Below are positions 1-9,433 of a stretch of 64,000 bases of DNA, piece by piece (positions within the stretch are counted from its first letter, which is position 1; the number at the start of each line of letters is the position of its first letter). Source of the stretch: an uncultured Acidobacteriota bacterium (lineage in GTDB: Bacteria > Actinomycetota > Acidimicrobiia > Spongiisociales > ZC4RG35); the NCBI GenBank assembly GCA_963822895.1, contig CAWGJI010000005.1, positions 51,633-115,632 on the forward strand, in the 5' to 3' direction. The translations under genes were made by a program, and so were the position numbers. The notes under the pieces were generated by a model that worked only from the letters and a program-made list of their open reading frames with translations, did no database searches and was not told the DNA's origin.

Positions 1-24
1 GGCATTCCCCACCTCCTTGGAGCC

Positions 25-465
25 ATGACCGACAGAACTTTTCAGACGATGGAGATCGACGCACCGGCCGACGACCTGTATCGGGTCGCCGCCGACATCG
101 AGTCTTATCCGGAATGGGCCAACGGGGTCAAAGAGGTCGAAGTGCTGGAGAAGACCCCGGGCGGCCTGGTCGAGAGGGCTCGCTTCGTCGTCGAGGGATT
201 CGTCAAGGAGATCGAGTACGTCCTCCGCTACACCCATGATCGACCCCACACGATGAGTTGGGTCGCCGAGGAGTCGAAAGACGTGAAGATGCTGGAAGGC
301 TCCTACACCTTCAATGAGTCGGGAGACGGAGCGACCGAGGTCGTGTACGGGCTCCGCGTCGAGCTCAACTTCACCATCCCAGGGTTTCTCCGGAGACAGG
401 CCGAGAAGCAGATCGTGACGACTGCCCTGCGAGGTCTTCGCAAGAGGGTGACTGGTTCCGGCTGA
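25..465 (+). CDS. SRPBCC/START-fold protein (polyketide cyclase/dehydrase and lipid-transport family)
   Basis: 146 aa; 'EIDAPADDLYRVAADIESYPEW..GVKEVEVLE' N-terminus typical of SRPBCC; GGAG Shine-Dalgarno (SD) before ATG. Confidence 0.85.
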   Translation: MTDRTFQTMEIDAPADDLYRVAADIESYPEWANGVKEVEVLEKTPGGLVERARFVVEGFVKEIEYVLRYTHDRPHTMSWVAEESKDVKMLEGSYTFNESGDGATEVVYGLRVELNFTIPGFLRRQAEKQIVTTALRGLRKRVTGSG

Positions 466-1644
466 ATGAGAATCGTGCTCGTCACCGGCAAGGGAGGTGT
501 GGGCAAGACCACCGTGGCCGCATCCACGGCATTGGCCGCAGCCGACGCCGGGCACCGGACCCTGGTGACCTCGACCGACCCGGCCCACTCGCTCTCCGAT
601 GCGTTGGCAGTGAAACTCGAGACCGATCCAACAGAGGTGGCAGCGAGGTTGCACGGACAGCAGATCGACACCCAGAAGCAGCTCGACCACTACTGGGGAT
701 CGATACGAAGACAGCTCATGGACGTTCTCGACTGGGGCGGGGCAGGTGGGATCGAGGCGGAGGAATTCCTGGTCTTCCCCGGCATGGACGAGTTGTTCGC
801 CCTCCTGGAGGTCAACCGTCACGCCAGGTCAGGTGACTATGACGTGGTGGTGGTCGATTGCGCGCCGACCGCCGAGACCCTGAGGCTTCTCTCACTTCCC
901 GAGGTCCTGAGCTGGTATTTCGAGAAGGTGCTACCCACCGAACGTCGCCTCATGAGGGCGGCGCGCCCCGTCCTTTCCCGCTTCACCGATCTGCCCATCC
1001 CCCAGGACGAGGTCTTCACGGCAGCCCAGTCCGTCTTCGAGTCGATCGAGGGTGTCAAGGAGTTGATGTCCGATCCCGGGGTCACCTCGGCGCGTCTCGT
1101 CGTCAACCCGGAGAAGATGGTGATCGACGAGGCGAGAAGGACCTATAGCTACCTAGGCCTCTTCGGATATGGCGTGGACGGGGTGGTGGTGAATCGGGTG
1201 CTGCCCCAAGAGGTCTCCGATCCCTACTTCGAGAGATGGCGGGCCATCCAGAAAGGGCACCTCGACACGATCGACGACGCGTTTGCGGACTTGCCCCGGC
1301 TCCATCTCAGGCTCTTCGACGACGAGATGGTGGGCATCGACCGTCTCAGGTTCATGGCAGGCGAGTTGTATGGGGAGACCGACCCGATCTTCGACTTCGA
1401 GGCCCGCCATCCGTTTCGTATCGTCGACTCGGACGACGGCATCGTCATGGAGCTGGACATTCCCTTCGTGGACAGGTCGGAGCTCGACGTCTACAGAACC
1501 GGTCATGAGCTCTACATTCGCGTTGGCCCTTATCGCCGATCCTTCATACTGCCGGACGCCCTACACCGTCGCCAGGTGTCACGAGCCCGCCTCGACGAGG
1601 GCACGCTGGTCGTGTCGTTTGCAGACCCCGAGAAGGGCTCGTGA
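466..1644 (+). CDS. ArsA/Get3-family ATPase with C-terminal HSP20/alpha-crystallin-like domain
   Basis: GKGGVGKTT P-loop, STDPAHSL, DCAPT switch II, VVNPEKMV; C-terminal 'ELYIRVGPYRRSFILPDAL' beta domain. Confidence 0.9.
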   Translation: MRIVLVTGKGGVGKTTVAASTALAAADAGHRTLVTSTDPAHSLSDALAVKLETDPTEVAARLHGQQIDTQKQLDHYWGSIRRQLMDVLDWGGAGGIEAEEFLVFPGMDELFALLEVNRHARSGDYDVVVVDCAPTAETLRLLSLPEVLSWYFEKVLPTERRLMRAARPVLSRFTDLPIPQDEVFTAAQSVFESIEGVKELMSDPGVTSARLVVNPEKMVIDEARRTYSYLGLFGYGVDGVVVNRVLPQEVSDPYFERWRAIQKGHLDTIDDAFADLPRLHLRLFDDEMVGIDRLRFMAGELYGETDPIFDFEARHPFRIVDSDDGIVMELDIPFVDRSELDVYRTGHELYIRVGPYRRSFILPDALHRRQVSRARLDEGTLVVSFADPEKGS

Positions 1645-1829
1645 AAGAGCAACAGTCTGAAGCCGGCCAGGCTCTCGCCCGGGCCGGGAGAAGAGTGGTC
1701 TACCACCTGCTGCAGGCCGCAATCGAGGGTCTCAAGGCCGTTGAGGCCGTGATCGAGGAGATAGGGGCAATCGGCGACAAGAATGATGGCGACTCGCAGC
1801 CAGTTCGTACGAGGATCGAGATCGAATGA
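1641..1829 (+). CDS. small hypothetical protein
   Basis: 62 aa; GTGA and ATGA overlaps with both neighbours; ends 'RTRIEIE'. Confidence 0.65.
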   Translation: MKEQQSEAGQALARAGRRVVYHLLQAAIEGLKAVEAVIEEIGAIGDKNDGDSQPVRTRIEIE

Positions 1830-2257
1830 GTGATGACCAGACCCGGCTCAGGCCCGACGATGTCATTCCTCCCCGAGGGGAGGCATCGGTTCAGACCCGG
1901 CAACTCCTGTCTGACGCCGTTCTGATGCTCCCCAATCTGGTGAAGCTGGTCGGCCGTCTCCTCAAGGATCCTCGTGTCCCGAGGCGGGCGAAGCTGGTTC
2001 TGGGGGCGGCCGCCGCCTATGTGGCCAGCCCGATCGACCTGATACCCGACTTCATCCCGGTGATCGGCTGGGCCGACGATGTGCTCGTGCTCATGTTCGC
2101 AGTCGACTCGCTGATCGAGCGTGCCGGGATCGAGGTGGTCGAGGAGCATTGGGACGGCCCGGGGGACCTCCTCTCGATGATCCGCGACGTGGTTGCTGCC
2201 TCGCGGAATTTCGTCCCGTCGAGGATCGCAAAGACCATCGACCGCCTCTCCGGCTGA
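1826..2257 (+). CDS. YkvA/DUF1232 family membrane protein
   Basis: YVASPIDLIPDFIPVIGWADD signature. Confidence 0.9.
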   Translation: MSDDQTRLRPDDVIPPRGEASVQTRQLLSDAVLMLPNLVKLVGRLLKDPRVPRRAKLVLGAAAAYVASPIDLIPDFIPVIGWADDVLVLMFAVDSLIERAGIEVVEEHWDGPGDLLSMIRDVVAASRNFVPSRIAKTIDRLSG

Positions 2258-2302
2258 GTACCGGCTGATTGCCTGGCTCCTGACGGCGGTACCCTCCGGG
2301 TG

Positions 2303-3325
2303 ATGTCATTTTCAGACGGCACCGCCGATTTCCGATCAGACACCGTCACCCGCCCAACCGCCGAGATGCTGCAGGCGATGGCGGGCGCTGCCGTCGGGGA
2401 CGACGTATACGCGGACGACCCGACGGTCAACGACCTCCAGGACCAATCGGCGCAGCTGACCGGCAAGGAAGCTGCGGTATTCGTGCCGACGGGCACCATG
2501 GGCAATCAGCTTTCGATCATGGCTCAGACCAACCCTGGTGAGGAGGTCCTGGCCAACGAGGAGAGTCATGTCCGCAGCATCGAGGCCGGGGCGCCGCAGG
2601 CCCTCTCGGGTGTCGGATTTCGCACCGTGAGCGGCCAAGGGGGGCAGATCCAGCCGGAGGACGTCGAATCGGCACTGGCCATGTCCGGGTTCTTTCCGAG
2701 GATCGGCCTCATGGTCTGGGAGAACACCCACAACCTTTCAGGCGGCCGAGTCGTCCCCATCGATCTCATGGAGAAGACCTCGGCGGTGGCCAGGTCACAC
2801 GACCTGCGCATCCACTTGGATGGTGCCCGAATCTTCAATGCCGTGGCGGCTACGGGCGTTTCGGCGGTCCGATTCGCCTCCGTGGCCGACACCATCCAAT
2901 TCTGCTTTTCCAAAGGCTTGGGCGCCCCGATCGGATCGATCGTGTGTGGGCCCGCCGACCTGATGAGAGAGATCCGCTACCTCCGCAAGCGACTGGGCGG
3001 TGGCATGCGGCAGGTCGGTGTCATCGCGGCGGCGGCGAGGGTGGCCCTTCGCGACCGGGATCGTCTGGTCGAGGATCACGTGCTCGCCCGCAGCCTCGGC
3101 GAGGGGATCGCCGATCGATATCCGGGGGCGGTGTCCAACGAGGTGGAGACGAACATGGTCCTGGTCGATTTCCCGCGACTGGGGCCTGGTTGGCCCGAGA
3201 TGAAGACTCGACTCGATGCGGCGGGCATCAAGGCAAACCCGCCCATGGGCACGTCGTGGAGAATCGTGACTCATCGCGACGTCGATCGGGACGACGTCGA
3301 TCGCCTGCTGACGGTCCTGGGGTAA
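2303..3325 (+). CDS. ltaE: low-specificity L-threonine aldolase
   Basis: DFRSDTVTRPT, GDDVY, PTGTMGNQ, ENTHN, HLDGARIFNA, FSKGLGAP (PLP lysine), GGGMRQ; start at 2300 GTG or 2303 ATG. Confidence 0.92.
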   Translation: MSFSDGTADFRSDTVTRPTAEMLQAMAGAAVGDDVYADDPTVNDLQDQSAQLTGKEAAVFVPTGTMGNQLSIMAQTNPGEEVLANEESHVRSIEAGAPQALSGVGFRTVSGQGGQIQPEDVESALAMSGFFPRIGLMVWENTHNLSGGRVVPIDLMEKTSAVARSHDLRIHLDGARIFNAVAATGVSAVRFASVADTIQFCFSKGLGAPIGSIVCGPADLMREIRYLRKRLGGGMRQVGVIAAAARVALRDRDRLVEDHVLARSLGEGIADRYPGAVSNEVETNMVLVDFPRLGPGWPEMKTRLDAAGIKANPPMGTSWRIVTHRDVDRDDVDRLLTVLG

Positions 3326-3357
3326 CCCGGTCGGCCATCCCGGAGTCTGAGGTCACA

Positions 3358-4302
3358 GTGAGTTTCGGAATCCTGTTCCCGGGTCAGGGAAGCCAACAGG
3401 TGGGGATGGGCTCGGATGTCTTCGAGACCAGAGCGGATCTGTTGGGCGAGCGGGCCGACCGAATCCTCGGCTTCTCGCTCATGGAGATGTGCCTCGACGG
3501 GCCACAAGAGGAGCTGACGAGGACAGAACATGCCCAACCAGCCCTCTTTGCGGTCTCATTTGCGCTCTGGGAGGCTCTGCGGGACGCGCTGGGACAGCAC
3601 CACCCATCAGGAGCAGCAGGTCATTCGCTCGGCGAATACACCGCACTCGCCGCCGCCGGCCTGTTCGACTTCGACATCGGCCTGGATCTGGTGGCACGGC
3701 GGGGGAGAGCCATGGGGGAGGCAGCTTCCCGGAGCTCGTCAGGGATGGCCGCCCTCATCGGCGCCGATCTCGAGACTGCCGAGGCCGTGTGCCGGGATCG
3801 ACGCGAAGCGGGTGGGTACCTGCAGGTGGCCAACGTCAATGCGCCGGGCCAGATCGTGGTGGCCGGAGCGTCGTCGGACATCGAGTGGCTGGCGGAGAAT
3901 GCGAGGGACCTCGGCGTGCGCCGGGCGATCCCTCTCGATGTCGCCGGAGGATTCCACTCCGACTTCATGCTTCCTGCACGTGACGCCCTGGGCGAGGCCC
4001 TCGACGCCGCACCCATCCACGAGCTTGCCTTCCCGGTCTGGGCCAACACCACAGCTCGTCCCCACATTGTCGAGTCCGTGGCCGAGACACTCTCCAGGCA
4101 ATTGGTCGAGCCCGTTCTCTTCTCTGCATCACTGGAGGACATGTTCCACAACGGGATCGACACATTCATCCACGTCGGGCCCGGTGACGTGACCGCCGGG
4201 CTGGCCAGGCGAACCCTGAGTGAGGCGAAGGTCCTGGTCGTGAGCTCACTGGCGGAGATCGATGCTGCCGTCAAGGCCATCGTTACCATGGGAGATTCGT
4301 GA
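3358..4302 (+). CDS. fabD: malonyl-CoA:ACP transacylase
   Basis: LFPGQGSQ, GHSLGEY catalytic Ser, GFHS; start trimmed from track ORF 2944 to GTG 3358. Confidence 0.95.
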   Translation: MSFGILFPGQGSQQVGMGSDVFETRADLLGERADRILGFSLMEMCLDGPQEELTRTEHAQPALFAVSFALWEALRDALGQHHPSGAAGHSLGEYTALAAAGLFDFDIGLDLVARRGRAMGEAASRSSSGMAALIGADLETAEAVCRDRREAGGYLQVANVNAPGQIVVAGASSDIEWLAENARDLGVRRAIPLDVAGGFHSDFMLPARDALGEALDAAPIHELAFPVWANTTARPHIVESVAETLSRQLVEPVLFSASLEDMFHNGIDTFIHVGPGDVTAGLARRTLSEAKVLVVSSLAEIDAAVKAIVTMGDS

Positions 4303-4312
4303 GGAGATGACT

Positions 4313-5398
4313 ATGCGCAACGCGGAGATAACCGGATGGGGCAAGTGCATGCCGCCGAACGTGCTCTCAAATCACGATCTCGAACAGCTGGTCGACACCT
4401 CGGACGAGTGGATCACCACTCGAACAGGGATCAAGGAACGACGGATCTCCCACGTGGAGGTGTCGGAGCTCGCTGCGGTCGCCGGCCGGAGGGCGTTGGC
4501 GGCGGCGGGCAAAACCGTCGAGGACGTCGACTTGTTGCTTGTCGCAACGTGCACCGGTGACTCGCTGATCCCGTCCACGGCCTCCGTGGTGCAGAAGCAT
4601 ATGGGAGCGTGGAATGCGGCCGCCATGGATCTCAACGCCGCATGCTCCGGATTCGTATACGGCTTGGTCGTCGGCACGGCCATGATCAGGGCCGGTACCA
4701 ACAACACGGTTCTCCTGATCGGCGCCGAGAAGTTGCATTTCCTCACCGACTTCACCGACAGGGCAACCTGTGTTCTCTTTGGCGATGGGGCCGGAGCGGT
4801 GGTCCTGGAGCCGACCGAAGAGCCGATCGGCCTTCTCGCCTCCGAGTTGGGGATGGACGGCTCGGTCGGCCACATTCTCGCAGTGCCCAAGGACGGGACG
4901 GCAGGGGACCGAGGCCCCCTCGACCCACGCTTGAGCGGGATCGGGATGGAGGGGCCCGAGGTGTTTCGTCGTGCAGTCACGACGATGGGGGACTCCGCGG
5001 TCAGGGCGTTGGAGGAAGCCGGCCTGACACTCGACGACATCGATCTGCTGATCCCCCATCAGGCCAATGTCCGCATCATCGACGCAACGGCACGCCGTCT
5101 CGGTCTGGACGAGGGACGGGTCTACGTCAACATCCACTCCTACGGGAATACCTCGGCGGCAACCATCCCGGTCGCATTGACGGAGGCACTGGAGGATGGG
5201 CGGATATCACCGGGCGACACCATTGCCTTCACTGCTTTTGGCGGTGGGCTGACCTGGGGCTCTGCGATCTATCGGTGGGGCTCGCGGGTGGAGCCCATCT
5301 CCGAGAGCGACGCAGAGTTGCCCGCTCCGGACCGAACCACCATGGAGATCCTGCAACCCAACTTCGACTTCTACGGCCTGCCCGAGAAATTGTCGTGA
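4313..5398 (+). CDS. fabH: 3-oxoacyl-ACP synthase III
   Basis: DTSDEWITTRTGIKERR, AACSGF, PHQANVRII, YGNTSAA, FGGGLTWG; SD GAGGAG at 4301. Confidence 0.95.
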   Translation: MRNAEITGWGKCMPPNVLSNHDLEQLVDTSDEWITTRTGIKERRISHVEVSELAAVAGRRALAAAGKTVEDVDLLLVATCTGDSLIPSTASVVQKHMGAWNAAAMDLNAACSGFVYGLVVGTAMIRAGTNNTVLLIGAEKLHFLTDFTDRATCVLFGDGAGAVVLEPTEEPIGLLASELGMDGSVGHILAVPKDGTAGDRGPLDPRLSGIGMEGPEVFRRAVTTMGDSAVRALEEAGLTLDDIDLLIPHQANVRIIDATARRLGLDEGRVYVNIHSYGNTSAATIPVALTEALEDGRISPGDTIAFTAFGGGLTWGSAIYRWGSRVEPISESDAELPAPDRTTMEILQPNFDFYGLPEKLS

Positions 5399-6144
5399 TC
5401 GAAGGGGGAGCAGGGCCCGTTGCCCTCGTCACGGGCGGATCGCGGGGTATCGGCCGATCGATCGCCCTCGAGCTCGCTTCCGACGGCCATAGCGTGGCGG
5501 TCAACTACGCCTCCAACACCGACGCCGCCCGCTCGGTGGTCGACGCCATCGAAGATGCCGGGGGAGTGGCCGTCGCCTATCAAGCCGACGTGTCGGAGAG
5601 CGACGAGGTCGACAGATTGTTTGCCAAGGTCGAGACCGATCTGGGTCAACCGACCGTTCTGGTCAACAACGCCGGCATCACCAAAGACAACCTGTTGTTG
5701 CGGATGAGCGTGAAGGACTTCGACCAGGTGATCGCAACCAATCTCCGGTCGACCTACCTGTGCACCAAGGCAGCGCTGAAGGGCATGCTGCGGGCGCGTT
5801 GGGGCCGCGTGATCTCCATCGCATCGGTGGCAGGGATCTCGGGCAACCCGGGCCAGGCGAACTACTCGGCCTCCAAGGCCGGCATCATCGGCTTTTCCAA
5901 GTCGGTGGCGAAGGAAGTCGGATCCCGGGCCATCACTGTCAATGTGGTGGCCCCGGGCTTCATCTCGACCGACCTGACCGCGGGTCTGGGCATGGACGTG
6001 CGCGAGGCGGCCGAGAAGTCGATCGCCCTCGCTCGATTTGGAGCACCGATCGAGGTGGCCAAGGTGGTTGCCTTTCTGGCGTCGGAGTCGGCTTCGTACA
6101 TAACGGGCCAGGTTTTGGCAGTGGATGGAGGCATCGCCCTGTAA
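5395..6144 (+). CDS. fabG: 3-oxoacyl-ACP reductase
   Basis: TGGSRGIG, NNAGITKD, GNPGQANYSASK (YxxxK); GTGA overlap with fabH. Confidence 0.95.
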   Translation: MIEGGAGPVALVTGGSRGIGRSIALELASDGHSVAVNYASNTDAARSVVDAIEDAGGVAVAYQADVSESDEVDRLFAKVETDLGQPTVLVNNAGITKDNLLLRMSVKDFDQVIATNLRSTYLCTKAALKGMLRARWGRVISIASVAGISGNPGQANYSASKAGIIGFSKSVAKEVGSRAITVNVVAPGFISTDLTAGLGMDVREAAEKSIALARFGAPIEVAKVVAFLASESASYITGQVLAVDGGIAL

Positions 6145-6184
6145 GTTGCGATCCGGCAAATCTCCCAATAGGAGGAAGAAGAGG

Positions 6185-6430
6185 ATGGATAGAAGCGAAG
6201 TATCAGAGCGATTGAGCGGGGTGTTGGTCTCCGAGTTGGGACTCGACGCCAACAAGATCTCGGAGGACGCCCACTTCGAGGAGGACCTCGACGTCGACAG
6301 TCTTGGCGTCGTGGAGCTCCTCATGGCGCTGGAGGATGAATTCGGTGTCAAGATCCCGGACGAGGAAGCGGAGTCGATCATGACCGTCGGACAGGCGATC
6401 GACGTCGTGCACGGCAAACTGGAAGGCTGA
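6185..6430 (+). CDS. acpP: acyl carrier protein
   Basis: DLDVDSLGVVELLMALEDEFG phosphopantetheine site; purine-rich SD before ATG 6185. Confidence 0.95.
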   Translation: MDRSEVSERLSGVLVSELGLDANKISEDAHFEEDLDVDSLGVVELLMALEDEFGVKIPDEEAESIMTVGQAIDVVHGKLEG

Positions 6431-6433
6431 TCC

Positions 6434-7684
6434 GTGACACCCGAGCGACGGCGGGTTGCCGTCACCGGGCTCGGGGCGGTGACACCGATCGGCCAGGACG
6501 TTGCCTCGACCTGGTCGGCGATGCTGGCGGGTCGTTCGGGAATCGGGCCGATCACGTTGTTCGACACCACCGGCTACCGGACCACCATCGCCGGTGAGAT
6601 ATCCGAATGGGATGAGGAAGCGCACTTCGATCGTCGTGAGATACGTCGGCTCGACCGTTTTTCCCAGTTCTTCCTGGTCCCGGTCCGCCAAGCCCTGGCC
6701 GATGCCGGGATCTCCTACGAGCCGGATGATCCCGCCGCCACCAGGGCCGGCGTGATGGTCGGAGCCGGGTTCGGGGGCATGGGCTCGTTCATCGAGGAGA
6801 TCACGGTCCTCAACGAACGGGGACCAGGTCGGGTGAGCCCCACTGGCGTTCCCCGCGTCATCCCCAACATGGCCGCCGGCCTGGCATCGATCGAGCACAA
6901 TCTCCTAGGCCCCGTGTCCTGCGTGGTCACGGCCTGCTCCGCCTCCGCCAACGCAATCGGAGACGGGGCGGAGATGATCCGGCGTGGTGCCGCCGACGTC
7001 GTGGTCGCCGGCGGTGCCGAGGCTGCGATCACCACATTCGGCATGGCCACGTTCAGTCAGGCGCGTGCCCTCTCGAGCCGCAACGACGACCCTCAGGGCG
7101 CCTCCCGCCCATTCGACGCAGAAAGGGACGGTTTCGTCATGGGGGAGGGCGGGGCGGCCCTGATCCTCGAGGACATGGAGATCGCCAAGAGACGAGGAGC
7201 CCGAATTTGGGCGGAGGTGACCGGCTACGGGATGTCGGCCGACGCCTATCACATAACCCTTCCACGACCCGGCGGAACGGGAGCCGCCAGGTCGATGGCC
7301 AATGCGCTCGACGATGCCGGGCTCGAGCCCTTCGACATCGGCTACATCAACGCCCACGGCACATCGACCGAGGCCAACGACTCCACCGAGACGGCTGCGA
7401 TCCACATCGCGTTGGGAGAGGCGGCTAAAGCCATCCCGGTGTCGTCGACCAAGTCGATGACGGGCCACATCCTGGGAGGAGCCGGGGCGGTAGAGGCGGT
7501 CGCCTGCATCATGGCGATGCAGGATCAGGTGCTGCCCCCCACCATCAACTACGAGCACCCGGACCCCGAATGCGACCTCGACTATGTGCCAAACGAAGCC
7601 AGACCCGCCTCGGTCCGCCACGCCATGTCGAATTCATTCGGGTTCGGTGGGCACAACGTCAGCCTCGTCTTCTCCAAGGTCTGA
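6434..7684 (+). CDS. fabF: 3-oxoacyl-ACP synthase II
   Basis: VTGLGAVTPIG, TACSAS (Cys), NAHGTST, KSMTGH, SNSFGFGGHN. Confidence 0.95.
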   Translation: MTPERRRVAVTGLGAVTPIGQDVASTWSAMLAGRSGIGPITLFDTTGYRTTIAGEISEWDEEAHFDRREIRRLDRFSQFFLVPVRQALADAGISYEPDDPAATRAGVMVGAGFGGMGSFIEEITVLNERGPGRVSPTGVPRVIPNMAAGLASIEHNLLGPVSCVVTACSASANAIGDGAEMIRRGAADVVVAGGAEAAITTFGMATFSQARALSSRNDDPQGASRPFDAERDGFVMGEGGAALILEDMEIAKRRGARIWAEVTGYGMSADAYHITLPRPGGTGAARSMANALDDAGLEPFDIGYINAHGTSTEANDSTETAAIHIALGEAAKAIPVSSTKSMTGHILGGAGAVEAVACIMAMQDQVLPPTINYEHPDPECDLDYVPNEARPASVRHAMSNSFGFGGHNVSLVFSKV

Positions 7685-7696
7685 TAGCTCGATCGC

Positions 7697-7945
7697 TCAC
7701 CGTCGGCGTCGCCCGCCGTCACGCCATTCGGCGATGCTGCGATAGACCAGCACGAGGATCAGAGTCACTCCCACCGTGACGGTCACGAAGGCGAGGATGG
7801 CGATGAGCGCCGCCCAGCCAACGCACGTCCCTGCCTGATCGGGCTGGCGACAGCTCACATCGGTCACGATCCACCCCAGCGACGCCGCCAACGCCCCGAG
7901 GCCGAGGGCAGGTAATGCGATCCAGGGGTTGGGCCGCCGTCTCAA
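7697..7945 (-). CDS. small two-TM hypothetical protein with a Cys pair in the loop
   Basis: C-terminal part of track ORF 7697..8701; TTG start overlaps the stop of the upstream gene (TTGA); two hydrophobic helices. Confidence 0.6.
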   Translation of the reverse strand: MRRRPNPWIALPALGLGALAASLGWIVTDVSCRQPDQAGTCVGWAALIAILAFVTVTVGVTLILVLVYRSIAEWRDGGRRRR

Positions 7946-8685
7946 CCGAGTGTGCGTCCCCGCTCGTCGATGCGGGCCGCATCCCGAATCTCCGATGGAG
8001 TCATCTCGGGTGGGATCGGGTAGACGGTTCCGTGTTCCCGGGGCGGGTGGAAGGCGACCTTCACGGACCTGTCCCACGCGAGGGCCACGACACAAATAGC
8101 GAGGGCCACGGACACGATGGCCGGAATGAGAGGTTGGAATGGCGCCAGCGAGACCGTCAGGATCGGCCACCCCAACCGCACGGCGAGGAGCCCCCCAAAG
8201 AAGACACGGGCATACCAAAGCGCCACCAAAGGGGCCGTCATCCCGACGACCACGATGCCGAGACCGGCGGCCTGCCACGCAGCGAGGCCGATGATGAATG
8301 GCGTCACCACCAGGAGTAGGGGGGTGAGCACCGCCCTGACCGGTGGGCCCGTCGCCGACGGCAACTTTCTGATCCCATCGGTGATGGCCGGCAGGAACGA
8401 CGCCGAACATGCCGTGCTGACGGCGACCAGTAGCAGCCACCACCAGATGTCGATGGGTCGGACGATGGCGACGACCAGGCACATGACGACGGCGAGTCGG
8501 GCCATCCGCAGCGCCCATCTGCCACCTACGACCACCATGCCGACGACAGCGACCAGTGCGGTGCCCAAGATCCCGAGACCTACCAGGAACTGGGCCCCCG
8601 GGCCTAGCGGTCCCGGGTCCACGACCAAGGCGGCCACTGCGATGATGGCTGCTACCAATGGCGTGGCGGTGAGCGTGGATCTCAC
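7942..8685 (-). CDS. hypothetical multi-pass membrane protein
   Basis: 247 aa with about 8 hydrophobic segments; no family recognised. Confidence 0.7.
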   Translation of the reverse strand: MRSTLTATPLVAAIIAVAALVVDPGPLGPGAQFLVGLGILGTALVAVVGMVVVGGRWALRMARLAVVMCLVVAIVRPIDIWWWLLLVAVSTACSASFLPAITDGIRKLPSATGPPVRAVLTPLLLVVTPFIIGLAAWQAAGLGIVVVGMTAPLVALWYARVFFGGLLAVRLGWPILTVSLAPFQPLIPAIVSVALAICVVALAWDRSVKVAFHPPREHGTVYPIPPEMTPSEIRDAARIDERGRTLG

Positions 8686-8710
8686 GTACCAAGTTTCGCA
8701 TCAGAGATGC

Positions 8711-9385
8711 TCAAGCCGAAGTCGGGCCCTCCGGGGCTCCGGGCGAGGTCAGGACCCGTAGGTCGCCTCGCTCGCCGAACCTGGGAGTCTCGCTCGGCTC
8801 CCAGACCGTCTCCTCACGCCACGTGATGTCGGGTCTGAGCGTTATCACCGCACCGTGACCGGGCTTGTCGTCCTGCAGTCCCGACAGGGGCGATCCGATC
8901 AAACGAAGCCGTCCTGCCTGGATCGGGTCCTGATGTGACACGATCACGACGTCTCCGTGGGGATGGCCTTCATCGAGGCGCCGCGCCACCCCTGCCATGC
9001 GATCGGCTACTTCCTCCAGGCTCTCCTCGGTGAATGGGAGTTTCTCGGGTGTTTCCAAGTAAGCCTCCAGCTCGCCCGGGAACCTCTTTGGCAGGTCTCG
9101 CCAGGTGTGCCCCTTCCACCGGCGCGATACGCGCCATTCGGTCAGATCCGGGTCCACTTTCACCGGGACGCCACTCCGCGCAGCGATGGCCTCTGCCGTG
9201 CGTAACGATCTCTCCAGAGGTGACGACCATATGGCCACGACGGGGCGGGGCCCGAGATACCGTCCCACCCGACGAGCCTGTTCGTTGCCGTGCGGTGAGA
9301 GACCGAACCCGGGCAGATCGGCGTAGACGAGGTGATCCGGGTTGTCGACCTCGGCGTGGCGGACCAGGTGTACGAGTGCTGCCAT
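8711..9385 (-). CDS. histidine phosphatase (phosphoglycerate mutase) family protein
   Basis: HLVRHAEV, WSSPLERSLRTA, IVSHQDPI; start trimmed to ATG 9385. Confidence 0.9.
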   Translation of the reverse strand: MAALVHLVRHAEVDNPDHLVYADLPGFGLSPHGNEQARRVGRYLGPRPVVAIWSSPLERSLRTAEAIAARSGVPVKVDPDLTEWRVSRRWKGHTWRDLPKRFPGELEAYLETPEKLPFTEESLEEVADRMAGVARRLDEGHPHGDVVIVSHQDPIQAGRLRLIGSPLSGLQDDKPGHGAVITLRPDITWREETVWEPSETPRFGERGDLRVLTSPGAPEGPTSA

Positions 9386-9433
9386 GACACCATTGTGGCC
9401 CTTCGGGCTCCCTCTGCCGGGTAACTTCGTGTC

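Noticed and set aside
466-1644. Arsenic-resistance interpretation of the three ArsA-like ATPases and the ArsN1-like GNAT
   Set aside because: Single-domain proteins with no arsR/B/C/D or acr3 nearby; they fit Get3-like families better
4313-7684. fab cluster plus SRPBCC 'cyclase' as a type II PKS
   Set aside because: A single ketosynthase with FabF motifs and no chain-length factor; ordinary fatty-acid synthesis is the simpler reading
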